64,000 nt of DNA from a virus (Duplodnaviria; Caudoviricetes), in the IMG/VR virus record IMGVR_UViG_3300030376_007544, positions 64,361 through 128,360 of that record. The stretch is one strand, 5' to 3'. Both the position numbers and the translations under genes were made by a program. The notes under the pieces are model-generated. The model ran no database searches and was not told where the DNA came from. It saw nothing but the letters and a program-made list of their open reading frames with translations. Positions 56,201 through 64,000 of this stretch are shown in pieces. Position 1 is the first letter of the stretch, and each line of letters opens with the position of its first letter.

Positions 56201-59200
56201 CGATCATTTAAGAACCTTGGGATTATATCATTTGGATCACCATTAAAGGCATCTCTGGCTAGTCTACCTCTTCTTCGTTCACTCAAGAAGCGACCTTGAA
56301 GGAAGTCATATGTCGTATCGTCCATTCGCCAAAGTATAGGCGGTCCGTTTCCGTCTGGATCAGGTGTGGTCGTCAAGTACCGCACAAGGGCAAAAATATC
56401 CTCTTGACTTTCTAGCATGGCTATATCTTCAGGAGTTATGTCTGCGGGATCTGTCATCTCTGCCCATCTTGCTTCTGCTTCAGGAGATCGTGGACTTGTT
56501 CCGCCTTCGCCAAACGTAAGGAAGTCTGAAGCCTTAAACACGTCTACCCCATCTGGATCTCCTGCTTCTCTTAAGGCGCCCTCTCTACTTGCCTGACCAG
56601 GATCTCTTATTACATCTGGCTGGTTTCCATCAAATCGTTCAGGTACCCGAATGCCACGCCGTTCTAACTCTTGCTCCATCCATCCTGCTTCGTCTATTAA
56701 GAAGGCCCACTCGTTCTCATTAAATACATCGCTTACGTCTCTTCTATTAAACGCCCCCGCCTCTGGACTGTTTCTCCAATCTATGGCATGGTGTACTTCG
56801 TCAACGAATGACACAAGGTCACCATCGCTAAATTCTTCCCAATTCTCATCCCCATCACGATCTGCCCGTGCTAAGATGTTCTGTCGTTCGACTTCATTTA
56901 GACGACGACGATCAGGAAGCCCTCTCATTCGTCTTTCTTCATAAACAGCTTCAGCTGCAGCATCTATATTGCGGACATTATCAGCCGTTACGTTTCGTTG
57001 CATAATTTCAAATCGTGCATCTAACGCCATAATTGCTTCATCAGTTAGTTCATCCCCGTGGAAGTTCTCTCCCCTGTCTTCAAGGAAGATCTGCTCGGTG
57101 ATGAGGTTAACGAGGTCTTCATCGCTTTCTACAGCAAAAATTTGTTCTGGGGTTATGTCCCCTACTTTTCGTTCGTCGCCATCAAGTGGTCCAGCACCAT
57201 CTGCAAGTATGGCTGCAATAAGATCGCCTTCTTCCGCATCTGCTCGTCTAGAAGCCTGAACTACCTCAGGATCATCAGATGGACGTGGTGTAGCATCTGG
57301 AGCATCGTTGTTGTTATCTTCTCTACCATCAAAGCCAGTTTGAGGGCGCTCGTTACGACGTTCCCTTCTTCTGCCTTGACGTTGGTTAACACCAACTCTT
57401 CTTAAGAATGCTTCACGGCGATGAGGAGCAAGCCTTCCAATTCTATCCTCAAATTCATTATGCTCAGGATTTTGCTCATTAGCATTCATAATGGCATTAA
57501 GTTCGTTCCAGTCTCTATATCGCCTTTCCAAGAGTCTGCGTCTTTCTCGTGGTTGCCTCCGAATGTGTCTGCGCACATCTGCTTCTGAGAAGTCATTTCT
57601 GCCACCAACACCCAATTCTCGTGCCCAAAAGTCACTCAACTCATTAAACTGTTGCTGAGTTTCTCTATTAACGTTTCTTCGATCTCGTTGATTTAGATTA
57701 CGCAAAGGAGCCATTTCAACTGCTTCATTACGCCTTCTTATACCTAGGCGACGATTTCGTCTTGCTAGTTCATCCTGACCATCTGGGGTTACAACTCTTC
57801 TTCGCTCACCCCTTCTTCTCCTGTCTCCAGGTCGTACTACATCAGCAGCTCTACGTAAGCCTCGTTCTCCGGCTTCTTGTGCTCTCACACGAGGACCAGC
57901 ATCATCGCCTCGTACTCGTCGAGGTTGCCCTCTTCTACGGCGTCCACCTTCAGGTCGAACAGCATCGGCTGCTCTACGCAACCCTCGCTCCCCAGCCTCT
58001 TGTGCACGTACACGAGGGCCTGCGCCATCACGATCATCACGATCACGCCGTCCATCACCAGGGCGTATAATTTGTGCAAGTCTTCGCATGATTTTTTCAA
58101 TAATCTCTTGAATTGCCGCCATTATGCTTCGTTGTTGTGGAGTTCTAACTGGATTATCAGTCAATCTTCCAGCCTCAAGTTGGGCAGCCTCTTCAACCTG
58201 CTTAAACGCTTTTCTTACGTCAGAAATATCAGCATCATCAAAGTCACGCTCTTCCAAAACTCTTTGCATATTCTGCAAAGCGCCTTGCAAGTCTTTACCG
58301 TCTAATAAGCCCTTTTGTTCGGGGGTAAGTGCTGCTCTTCTCCGACGATCTGCAATAGTAGGACCAACATCTCCACGGTTACGATTTTCTGTAACCCTCA
58401 AAACATCAGCCAAACTTTTCATGACGTCTTTCAGTCTATCTTGAGCATTAGCAAGTTTCTCTCTATACGCATCGCCTAAACGCTGGCGTCTAGTGCCTCG
58501 CTCACCACGCTCTCGCCGTCTCTCCTCCATGCGATCTTCAATTCGAATGCCTGTATCAACCATGGCATTGACTAATCGACGAGGCAGACTAAAACCACAG
58601 GACCGACCCATTGGGTCAGTAAACTGCCCTGCATTACGAGTACCTGGTGGGCACCTGTGCATATTAATACCTGGATCAAAAATAGCCCGTGCTCTACCAG
58701 TAACGCCACCGCTACCACCACCTGGTGTTAAGGCCCTTGCAAGACCAGACCTGATAGGGCTTGTTATTGGAGAACGATCTCCTGGTGTTATAATGCTTGC
58801 GCCAGTCCCAGCTGCTTGACCAATACGACTACCACTTCCGACTAATCCACTCTTTTTAATCTCTAAAGTATCAGCAAAAGCAGCAACACGTAATTCAATT
58901 TTGTCATGGTATCTACCATCACCTCTAATTGCCTTATTTGCTACAGCCTTTGTTGATATTAGAAAAGGACTAGCTGATTTTTCCTCATTAACAATTTCAA
59001 ATATTTTGTCTCCTTTTGCACGTCTAGGTGCAGACCTAGACAAGAAGGTTTCGTATACCCAACGTGGTACCATTAAGACTTGATCGCCAGACTGAACTCT
59101 GATTCTTTCTTCTCTAGCATCTGTAACTTTATTGAACCTATTGTTCTTTAATTCTCCAAGCTCAACTTTAAATCTTCCGTTGGTAGAATCAACTAAATTG

Positions 59201-60597
59201 TAAATAGACGCAGAAGGATCAGGTAAATTCGCTGTTCTTCTTAAAGATGTTGGGTAAACTCTTTGAACAGCATCCATTTCTGAAGGCTTTAACTCTCCAC
59301 CAACACGGCTAACCTTAACCGCTACATTTGTATCAGGTATTCCAACATATACGTCTCTTAACCCAGCCCCAAATGCAGGGATTAAGTCTTTTCCTATTTG
59401 TCCCTTTGTGTACCTATCCACAAGGCTTCCATCAACCATATCATCGAACTCGTCCATTCCACCAAGTGCCTGTAAAGACACAACAGGTTCCAGAATAACT
59501 CCATCTCTTCGAACAAACCGAGTTCCAAAATCTTCATCTTTAATTCTATTAAGAACCAAATCTACAGAAGTTTGTCTACGGGTGGCGCTACCTTTTTTCG
59601 GTGCAACCGGAATTTGGGCTGCACGAATAATATCGTAAGCACTTCTATTCTTTCTAAGATCGCCAATTGATCTAACCAAGTCAGCACTTCTGGCTAACCT
59701 AGCAAGCGCCCTCTGCGCTCCTTCTGAAGGAGAGCCTGGACCAAATGAAGGTAAGCCCAATATTTGAGCACCACACGTACTAAATTCACGATTTGTAAAC
59801 GTTCCACCTTTTTGGAAACCAGGTGGGCACCTAAATTTATTTCTAGCACCACGCCCAGCACCACGCAGTAATCGACGAGCACTAGGAATCCTGTCTCGCC
59901 CACCACCTGGTGTAAGTGTTTCATATATTTGAGAACGAATTGGTCGTCTAAAGTCAGAAAGGTCACCTGGGAGTAAAAAGGACCCTACTCCTTGAGCTGT
60001 TTGTCCAACTCTATCACCACTGCCGATAAGACCACGCTTTTTAACTTCAATATGACCATGCACAGGTAACGGTGACGAGTACTCAACAAACATTGCAGTT
60101 TTAAGATTAACTACATTTTGACGACCCGCAATTGGCTGTACAAGCACACCGCCAATGTCCCTAGACTCTCTAACCGCTAGGCGCATTGCAGAAATTTCTA
60201 CTATGTCATTATCGAAGTCTAAAGACTTTTTCCTCCTACCGGCTTTCCTTACTCTTCTAACAAGTTTCCTACGTTTACGCTTTTTCTTCTTTTTGCGCCC
60301 TCGCTTATGATGGTTTCCCTCATTAGGCCACAGTCCAGTAGTTTCGTGATGAAGCCACGCACATATACGCTCCAAAGGGTAGAGTTCTGGGTGGTTAGCT
60401 AATATAACCAAACATCTACGAAACCCGCCAGGTTTCTTCATTATGGGGCGCCAGTAACGAAGTAACGATTCTAGGTTACCTCGCCGTGGTCCTCGTCCAC
60501 GTGTAATAGATGTAAGTCTCTCTTGGGGAAGGTCTAAAAGGATATCTTGCGGTCCCTTTATGTCGATATTAGTTTCCATCTGAGTCCCCGACTTCAT
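53293..60597 (-). CDS. Giant multidomain head-module protein with Arg-rich repeats, a GNAT-like domain and a C-terminal HipA/PI3-PI4-kinase-like domain (start may be 60579)
   Basis: GGVN...GLKY...NELVG...LLDAIIGNHDRHDNNY...LYPIDMG; YYRGLGLDRVHVDA..DG.GIWPRQGF. Confidence 0.75.
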   Translation of the reverse strand: MKSGTQMETNIDIKGPQDILLDLPQERLTSITRGRGPRRGNLESLLRYWRPIMKKPGGFRRCLVILANHPELYPLERICAWLHHETTGLWPNEGNHHKRGRKKKKKRKRRKLVRRVRKAGRRKKSLDFDNDIVEISAMRLAVRESRDIGGVLVQPIAGRQNVVNLKTAMFVEYSSPLPVHGHIEVKKRGLIGSGDRVGQTAQGVGSFLLPGDLSDFRRPIRSQIYETLTPGGGRDRIPSARRLLRGAGRGARNKFRCPPGFQKGGTFTNREFSTCGAQILGLPSFGPGSPSEGAQRALARLARSADLVRSIGDLRKNRSAYDIIRAAQIPVAPKKGSATRRQTSVDLVLNRIKDEDFGTRFVRRDGVILEPVVSLQALGGMDEFDDMVDGSLVDRYTKGQIGKDLIPAFGAGLRDVYVGIPDTNVAVKVSRVGGELKPSEMDAVQRVYPTSLRRTANLPDPSASIYNLVDSTNGRFKVELGELKNNRFNKVTDAREERIRVQSGDQVLMVPRWVYETFLSRSAPRRAKGDKIFEIVNEEKSASPFLISTKAVANKAIRGDGRYHDKIELRVAAFADTLEIKKSGLVGSGSRIGQAAGTGASIITPGDRSPITSPIRSGLARALTPGGGSGGVTGRARAIFDPGINMHRCPPGTRNAGQFTDPMGRSCGFSLPRRLVNAMVDTGIRIEDRMEERRRERGERGTRRQRLGDAYREKLANAQDRLKDVMKSLADVLRVTENRNRGDVGPTIADRRRRAALTPEQKGLLDGKDLQGALQNMQRVLEERDFDDADISDVRKAFKQVEEAAQLEAGRLTDNPVRTPQQRSIMAAIQEIIEKIMRRLAQIIRPGDGRRDRDDRDGAGPRVRAQEAGERGLRRAADAVRPEGGRRRRGQPRRVRGDDAGPRVRAQEAGERGLRRAADVVRPGDRRRRGERRRVVTPDGQDELARRNRRLGIRRRNEAVEMAPLRNLNQRDRRNVNRETQQQFNELSDFWARELGVGGRNDFSEADVRRHIRRQPRERRRLLERRYRDWNELNAIMNANEQNPEHNEFEDRIGRLAPHRREAFLRRVGVNQRQGRRRERRNERPQTGFDGREDNNNDAPDATPRPSDDPEVVQASRRADAEEGDLIAAILADGAGPLDGDERKVGDITPEQIFAVESDEDLVNLITEQIFLEDRGENFHGDELTDEAIMALDARFEIMQRNVTADNVRNIDAAAEAVYEERRMRGLPDRRRLNEVERQNILARADRDGDENWEEFSDGDLVSFVDEVHHAIDWRNSPEAGAFNRRDVSDVFNENEWAFLIDEAGWMEQELERRGIRVPERFDGNQPDVIRDPGQASREGALREAGDPDGVDVFKASDFLTFGEGGTSPRSPEAEARWAEMTDPADITPEDIAMLESQEDIFALVRYLTTTPDPDGNGPPILWRMDDTTYDFLQGRFLSERRRGRLARDAFNGDPNDIIPRFLNDRNRRNMRSRRDMNQEQINNRIVFASDIEGLSRAEIDEITPAQRDEAIAKLMDVLEISDDIPGGWEASPDDRRRINNAIDILDQAAFRQRNAGIADSSSVQIETIEPDSPAGAVQQAVANTPSSPVAAVRSLLNYDWRQRRKEKLKQRQEAAIQRSVELHGSERPYAVDVDELNSWKKADGSPDDDRVREHFRKMFLHKKEMDAGTVVINGKTYKKTITNHGQDIDVFRDSSGNIEGVITEGNFRFRIYDEDGNLVDDHINNGHWIHGGYRRSIKLKGDGYDEPFVYHAHFGINQTRTIDGQSVNFKQGNFGDTFNNNALMYYRGLGLDRVHVDAIDDGQGIWPRQGFREEEYDIEALNGVNGPIGTLLDNYREYERLKASGQPINNQRLIQARILIGDSSTANRVEQMFNEAQNLDPSEQPSLHDYSLAMDPSVETGRKRNTPLFNVMRNRELDDQMDSGERQSLKDEMLADGVPESEIEKAFISGRGYRGYAYDDNEDDLDNSLGFSEGDWDISDVELPAQDEIDERVRDGNPKDFLEKKAGQGQRVLAPDQHGFKQDYTPALKPEGHSGPHIVEVGANGLDTQEASNDFVKNGGSLAEVPDDHLMNVIRNNMEKTDTAGNITEQGRFKYITQRGGVNKIYLYEDKETGAILGLKYVHGRSWFSNEGPNELVGGIIAERMGFAVGNHRFAGEVPDNMRGRSGLPGGGQGDNGSRPILFELGDMLFEGGVRVNSDMRRGDPVNNPTRFNDGPNRPIDALPTRDDAGNLVSNRPATEAGVRLFLLDAIIGNHDRHDNNYMWSGGDGETGGLYPIDMGGGFLGARNDHFGSWWAPERSDKENMDAAVRGGLQEAFLANKPEDESYPYLQSGTGVLRDLANGTPEQREEAILIVKNIQKVIKANNDDSINTEIETIVENVRDAHIKNEGSGATRAGEISYEFESVLETVMNRYNYVATADPEELLNVLIRAS

Positions 60598-60748
60598 TTA
60601 GTGGAATATACTGGTGCAGAACACCATCGCTATCTACATATTCTACTTCGTCTTTTTCCCATATGGTACCAAGAAATCGACTTGCACCAAGTTCAAAGAG
60701 GGCTTCATTAGCAAGGCTAATCCGTTCCCCAATTATGTTGGCTTTCAT
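60569..60748 (-). CDS. 59-aa hypothetical protein (MKANIIGERISL...), not in the ORF track
   Basis: GGAGG RBS; fills the gap. Confidence 0.7.
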   Translation of the reverse strand: MKANIIGERISLANEALFELGASRFLGTIWEKDEVEYVDSDGVLHQYIPLNEVGDSDGN

Positions 60749-60765
60749 TTAAGCCTCCAAACTAA

Positions 60766-62571
60766 TTAGGAAAGCCCTTCCTCCAATTTCATACTCTGGA
60801 ACTCTTCAAGAGCACTCAAAATTTCTGAATCAAGAGCGGCTTTCTCTGCTCCAGCTTCGTCTACTTCTTCTTCAACCGTCTCTGAAACTTCTTCCGTCAT
60901 TCCTTCAGGAAGTAATTCTTCAAGACCCAACTCTTTCGCTCTCTTTATAATGTGCGCTGTGGTAGCTTGTGCATCAGCAGCACGTGGTAAGGCAGCGATA
61001 GCGTTTTCTAAGTCTGCTTGATCTGCGATTGGGAAAGATCCATCAGGAAGTGCTTCCCCAGATTCAGCCATTGCTTCACGTTGTTCACGGGAATACATGC
61101 GCTTAATTTCTAGTTCTGCTTCAAGCGCCTTTATCTCGTCTTCTTCGCTTATTTCAGTATCAAGTTCAACTTCATACTCGTCGTATCCAAGCATCTTTCC
61201 ATCAATTGAAACAAAGAAGTCAAAACTCTTTTGATCAGTTTCAACCTCAACAACATAAACGTCTTCATCAGCAAAAACGTCTACCATGACGCCCATTACT
61301 TTACCTTCAAGTTCAAGTTCTTGTACTGCTTTTTGCGCAACCTCTTCTGCGTCTGACTTAGAAACGATTTCAATTCCTTCAAGTGATTTCTCATCTAAAA
61401 GATCTTCATCAAGTCGTAGCCAGCCAAGTTCTTGTCCGTCTCCTGAAAGGAACACTTCAATTGCAGATCCATCAGCACGCTTAATGTCAACAACAAACAT
61501 GTCGTCTACATTGGAGTAACCAGATCCTATAATTTCAGATCCTTCATATGCTGACTTAACTGAAGCCTCAATGTCTCCCAAGCCTGGTAGTCCATCTTCT
61601 GGAGCGCAACCACCCCTGCATATGTCGCAAGGTTGTTGAACTGATTTGCGCTGTTGTCCGCATAAGAACTCTTCTGACTTTTCAGCATCAGCAGACACGA
61701 TTGCTTGATACTCTTCCATGGAGGCACATGGCATAAACTTGCCACCTTCATGTGCATGCGAGCCTTCACACCCAAGTGCAGTTGCTCGTTCTGCGGCCTC
61801 TTCAGCAGTGTCAAACATGTCTTTAACAGTTTCTACAGCTTCTTCAACTACTTCTTCTGTTTCTTTTCGTTCTCTATTGCGCTCTAATGGGCTAATTCGG
61901 CGATATCTGGTTCCCCAGCCTTTACCGGAAACTTCTTCAAATACCTCAATAGGCTCATATGCGCCTTTTGCGTCTTCATCTAGGTCATCATAGGCTAATG
62001 ATGTTATAATTGCGCCATCAGTTTCTGCCTCAAGAAGATCGGCTTCTTTAAACCAAAGTATAGGCATGTCTGTTTGATCTTCTTCCGAAGCCATTCTAGC
62101 CATAATGCTTGCAGCCTTACTTGAAACAGCGTCTTCTTCAGCAGATTTCTCTTCAGAGTCATCTTCAGAATCTTCAGCATCTTCATCTTCTTCAGCCTCT
62201 TCAACCTCTTCAACCTCTTCAACCTCTTCAGCTTCTTCGGCTTCTTCGGCTTCTTCGGCTTCTTCGGCTTCTTCTACTTCTTCAGCATCTCCTTCGTCAG
62301 ATTCGCCTTCGCTATCTTCAGATTCCGCCTCAGCGCTTTCGCCCTCATCATCGTCTGATGAAGCTTCTTCCGCCTCTTCTTCAACTTCAACCTCTGAATC
62401 ATCTTCGTCAGAAACAGTTTCACCTTCGTCACCGCTTTCACTTTCGACTACTTCTTCAGCCTCTTCTACTACTTCGCCCTCTTCTTCATCTGATTTAACT
62501 TCAGTTTCCTCACTGAGAATTTTCTCAAGTTCTTCAAACTTTTGAAGGTCTTCGTTAAGATTGTCGCTCAT
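60766..62571 (-). CDS. Very acidic head-module (scaffold-like) protein with a GC.G.H..PC motif, a Cys cluster, two PepSY-like repeats and an ALPDGSFPI domain
   Basis: Glu-rich N-terminus; A...A....G.V..V...VYVVEV...V..DG..L pattern, seen twice. Confidence 0.6.
   Translation of the reverse strand: MSDNLNEDLQKFEELEKILSEETEVKSDEEEGEVVEEAEEVVESESGDEGETVSDEDDSEVEVEEEAEEASSDDDEGESAEAESEDSEGESDEGDAEEVEEAEEAEEAEEAEEAEEVEEVEEVEEAEEDEDAEDSEDDSEEKSAEEDAVSSKAASIMARMASEEDQTDMPILWFKEADLLEAETDGAIITSLAYDDLDEDAKGAYEPIEVFEEVSGKGWGTRYRRISPLERNRERKETEEVVEEAVETVKDMFDTAEEAAERATALGCEGSHAHEGGKFMPCASMEEYQAIVSADAEKSEEFLCGQQRKSVQQPCDICRGGCAPEDGLPGLGDIEASVKSAYEGSEIIGSGYSNVDDMFVVDIKRADGSAIEVFLSGDGQELGWLRLDEDLLDEKSLEGIEIVSKSDAEEVAQKAVQELELEGKVMGVMVDVFADEDVYVVEVETDQKSFDFFVSIDGKMLGYDEYEVELDTEISEEDEIKALEAELEIKRMYSREQREAMAESGEALPDGSFPIADQADLENAIAALPRAADAQATTAHIIKRAKELGLEELLPEGMTEEVSETVEEEVDEAGAEKAALDSEILSALEEFQSMKLEEGLS
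62188..62286. repeat. 9-bp tandem repeats encoding (EEA)n(EEV)n
   Basis: GGCTTCTTC and AACCTCTTC runs on the plus strand. Confidence 0.85.
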
Positions 62572-62598
62572 TGTTACTCCTAATCCGCTAAGATTATC

Positions 62599-63999
62599 TT
62601 ACTGAACACCCTCGTCGGTGTCAACGCTTGTATTGTCTGTTATTGTAAATTGGGGATCAAACTCTAGAGAGGCTAAACCAAACGCTACCTTCTCTAATAG
62701 TTCGTCATGCGCAATTTTTGTTGAAAAATGTAGATCAACCCCTTCTTCGCTCTTAAACGAAAGGACTGATACCCCATTCATAGCATCAACAACATCAAGC
62801 GCTTGATTATCATTGCATTTTACATGCACAACAAAACCAGAAAGTGCCTTTTCACTATTTTCGGCAGATGCCGGATTTGATGTCAAAAACTCTTCAAGGG
62901 CATTGATTACGGCTAGTGTAGACTCTCGTAACTCACTTGCTCCTCTTACTGGAAGCATGGCATTGTACGCCATTAGGAGAAGAGCCATTGGATCTTCTTT
63001 CCAGTCTTTTTTGGCTTTCCTGTATCCTGAGTGACCGTGTACGCCACCTTTTTCTTCTGTTTCACAACCGCAAGCGCCTTTTTCGGATTCAGCATCTTTT
63101 GCTTCTTCCACCTCAACACCAGCAAGGTAATTGTTGTGTGCATTAAGGTTTGCATTTCCATCAAACTGCTTTAATGCTTTTTCGTATTCTTCATGGGTTG
63201 AACATGGTAAGTAACCACCACCATGTGAGTGGTATCCATCGCACCCGAACGTCTTTGACCAAGCTAATGCAATATCAGGGGTTGCCCATGTACCCTCTTC
63301 AGGGTTTGCATCTCTTAAACTCTCAGGAAGTTCAGTGTTGTCTTTTATCATCATTGATGGTGAATTTGAATCTCCAACAGGGGTGTAAGACACTGTTGGT
63401 TTAACACGTGTTGGCTTGCTAATTTGAATTTGTCCATTATCACGTGAGAATGTAGCCATCCATACTGAATCTTCACCTGCTTGGAATACTACAGAATTAT
63501 CCATAACTTGTAGAACTCTAACTGGCTTGCGAAGAGCCTGTGAAAGTGCTCTTCCAATCATAGAAGATACAGAATCAGCACTGTTCTGTGGACCATCCTT
63601 GTCGTCATCTTCCCAGTGTCCCTTTGCCATAATGCCTTCCTCGTCATCTTTAACTGAAATAGTTCCAGTTAGTTGATTTGCTCCGTGTAGTACAGGAGAA
63701 ACTTCGTATAATTCTACTTCTTTAAGCATGTTTGCTTGTTTTTCTGCGTTAAAATCAGCAGTAATTGTTTTGTAGCCGATTGACCACTCTTGTTCTTGTC
63801 CATAAAACGCAACGTTTGCAAAAGCCTCACGCCCACGTTCTGTGTTTAAATTAAACTGAACTTTAGCAAAAAGTCCACCAATGCCTGCTTTTCTCATTTT
63901 TTCAGGCAACCTAGGATCTGCTGGTCCAACTTCATACATTTCTAGAACCTTACCAATTGGTTGGTTCCAGTCGTGGCCCCAGACAACACGAGGTTTTCT
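62599..63999 (-). CDS. HK97-family prohead protease with C-terminal extension; 5' end lies beyond the window
   Basis: Frame open to the window edge: RKPRVVWGHDWNQPIGK...EWSIGY...LYEVSPVLHGAN. Confidence 0.92.
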   Translation of the reverse strand, partial: RKPRVVWGHDWNQPIGKVLEMYEVGPADPRLPEKMRKAGIGGLFAKVQFNLNTERGREAFANVAFYGQEQEWSIGYKTITADFNAEKQANMLKEVELYEVSPVLHGANQLTGTISVKDDEEGIMAKGHWEDDDKDGPQNSADSVSSMIGRALSQALRKPVRVLQVMDNSVVFQAGEDSVWMATFSRDNGQIQISKPTRVKPTVSYTPVGDSNSPSMMIKDNTELPESLRDANPEEGTWATPDIALAWSKTFGCDGYHSHGGGYLPCSTHEEYEKALKQFDGNANLNAHNNYLAGVEVEEAKDAESEKGACGCETEEKGGVHGHSGYRKAKKDWKEDPMALLLMAYNAMLPVRGASELRESTLAVINALEEFLTSNPASAENSEKALSGFVVHVKCNDNQALDVVDAMNGVSVLSFKSEEGVDLHFSTKIAHDELLEKVAFGLASLEFDPQFTITDNTSVDTDEGVQ

Positions 64000-64000
64000 T

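Noticed and set aside
62105-62545. Ser-rich and Leu/Gln-rich plus-strand ORFs, and the many other plus-strand ORFs across 5400-63400
   Set aside because: They are antisense shadows of well-supported minus-strand genes and of the EEA/EEV repeat.

Overview
The whole window reads as part of a large, low-GC tailed dsDNA phage with an HK97-fold capsid and a contractile tail (sheath, tube, gp25-like and baseplate J proteins). The host is most plausibly an actinobacterium: the window has a WhiB gene, a SigA-like sigma ending in LRHPS, an HA-domain protein and at least 11 leaderless promoters. Almost all genes are on the minus strand. From right to left: (i) head module with prohead protease (truncated by the window), an acidic PepSY-like protein, a ~2430-aa multidomain protein carrying GNAT-like and HipA/PI4K-like kinase domains, and the major capsid protein; (ii) class II RNR and nucleotide genes; (iii) neck, sheath, tube, endolysin, tail assembly chaperone with a probable -1 frameshift, tape measure, baseplate and modular fibres; (iv) a redox/metal island (2OG-Fe(II) oxygenase, a 24-aa 9-Cys peptide, thioredoxin); (v) DNA polymerase A and an exonuclease; (vi) a transcription-takeover block (sigma factor, Hsp20 with a ROSE-like thermometer, IscA, WhiB); (vii) TerS-like and RHH genes around a repeat-rich non-coding region. 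The best candidate for an undescribed system is a 40-aa ORF missing from the ORF track, translationally coupled to the phage sigma gene. It carries a copy of the SigA region-4 'KLRHPS' motif, the surface WhiB-family Fe-S regulators bind, and the phage also encodes its own WhiB and an Fe-S carrier. No tRNA, rRNA, CRISPR array or mobile element was seen. All functional calls come from motif recognition by eye; no database search was run.
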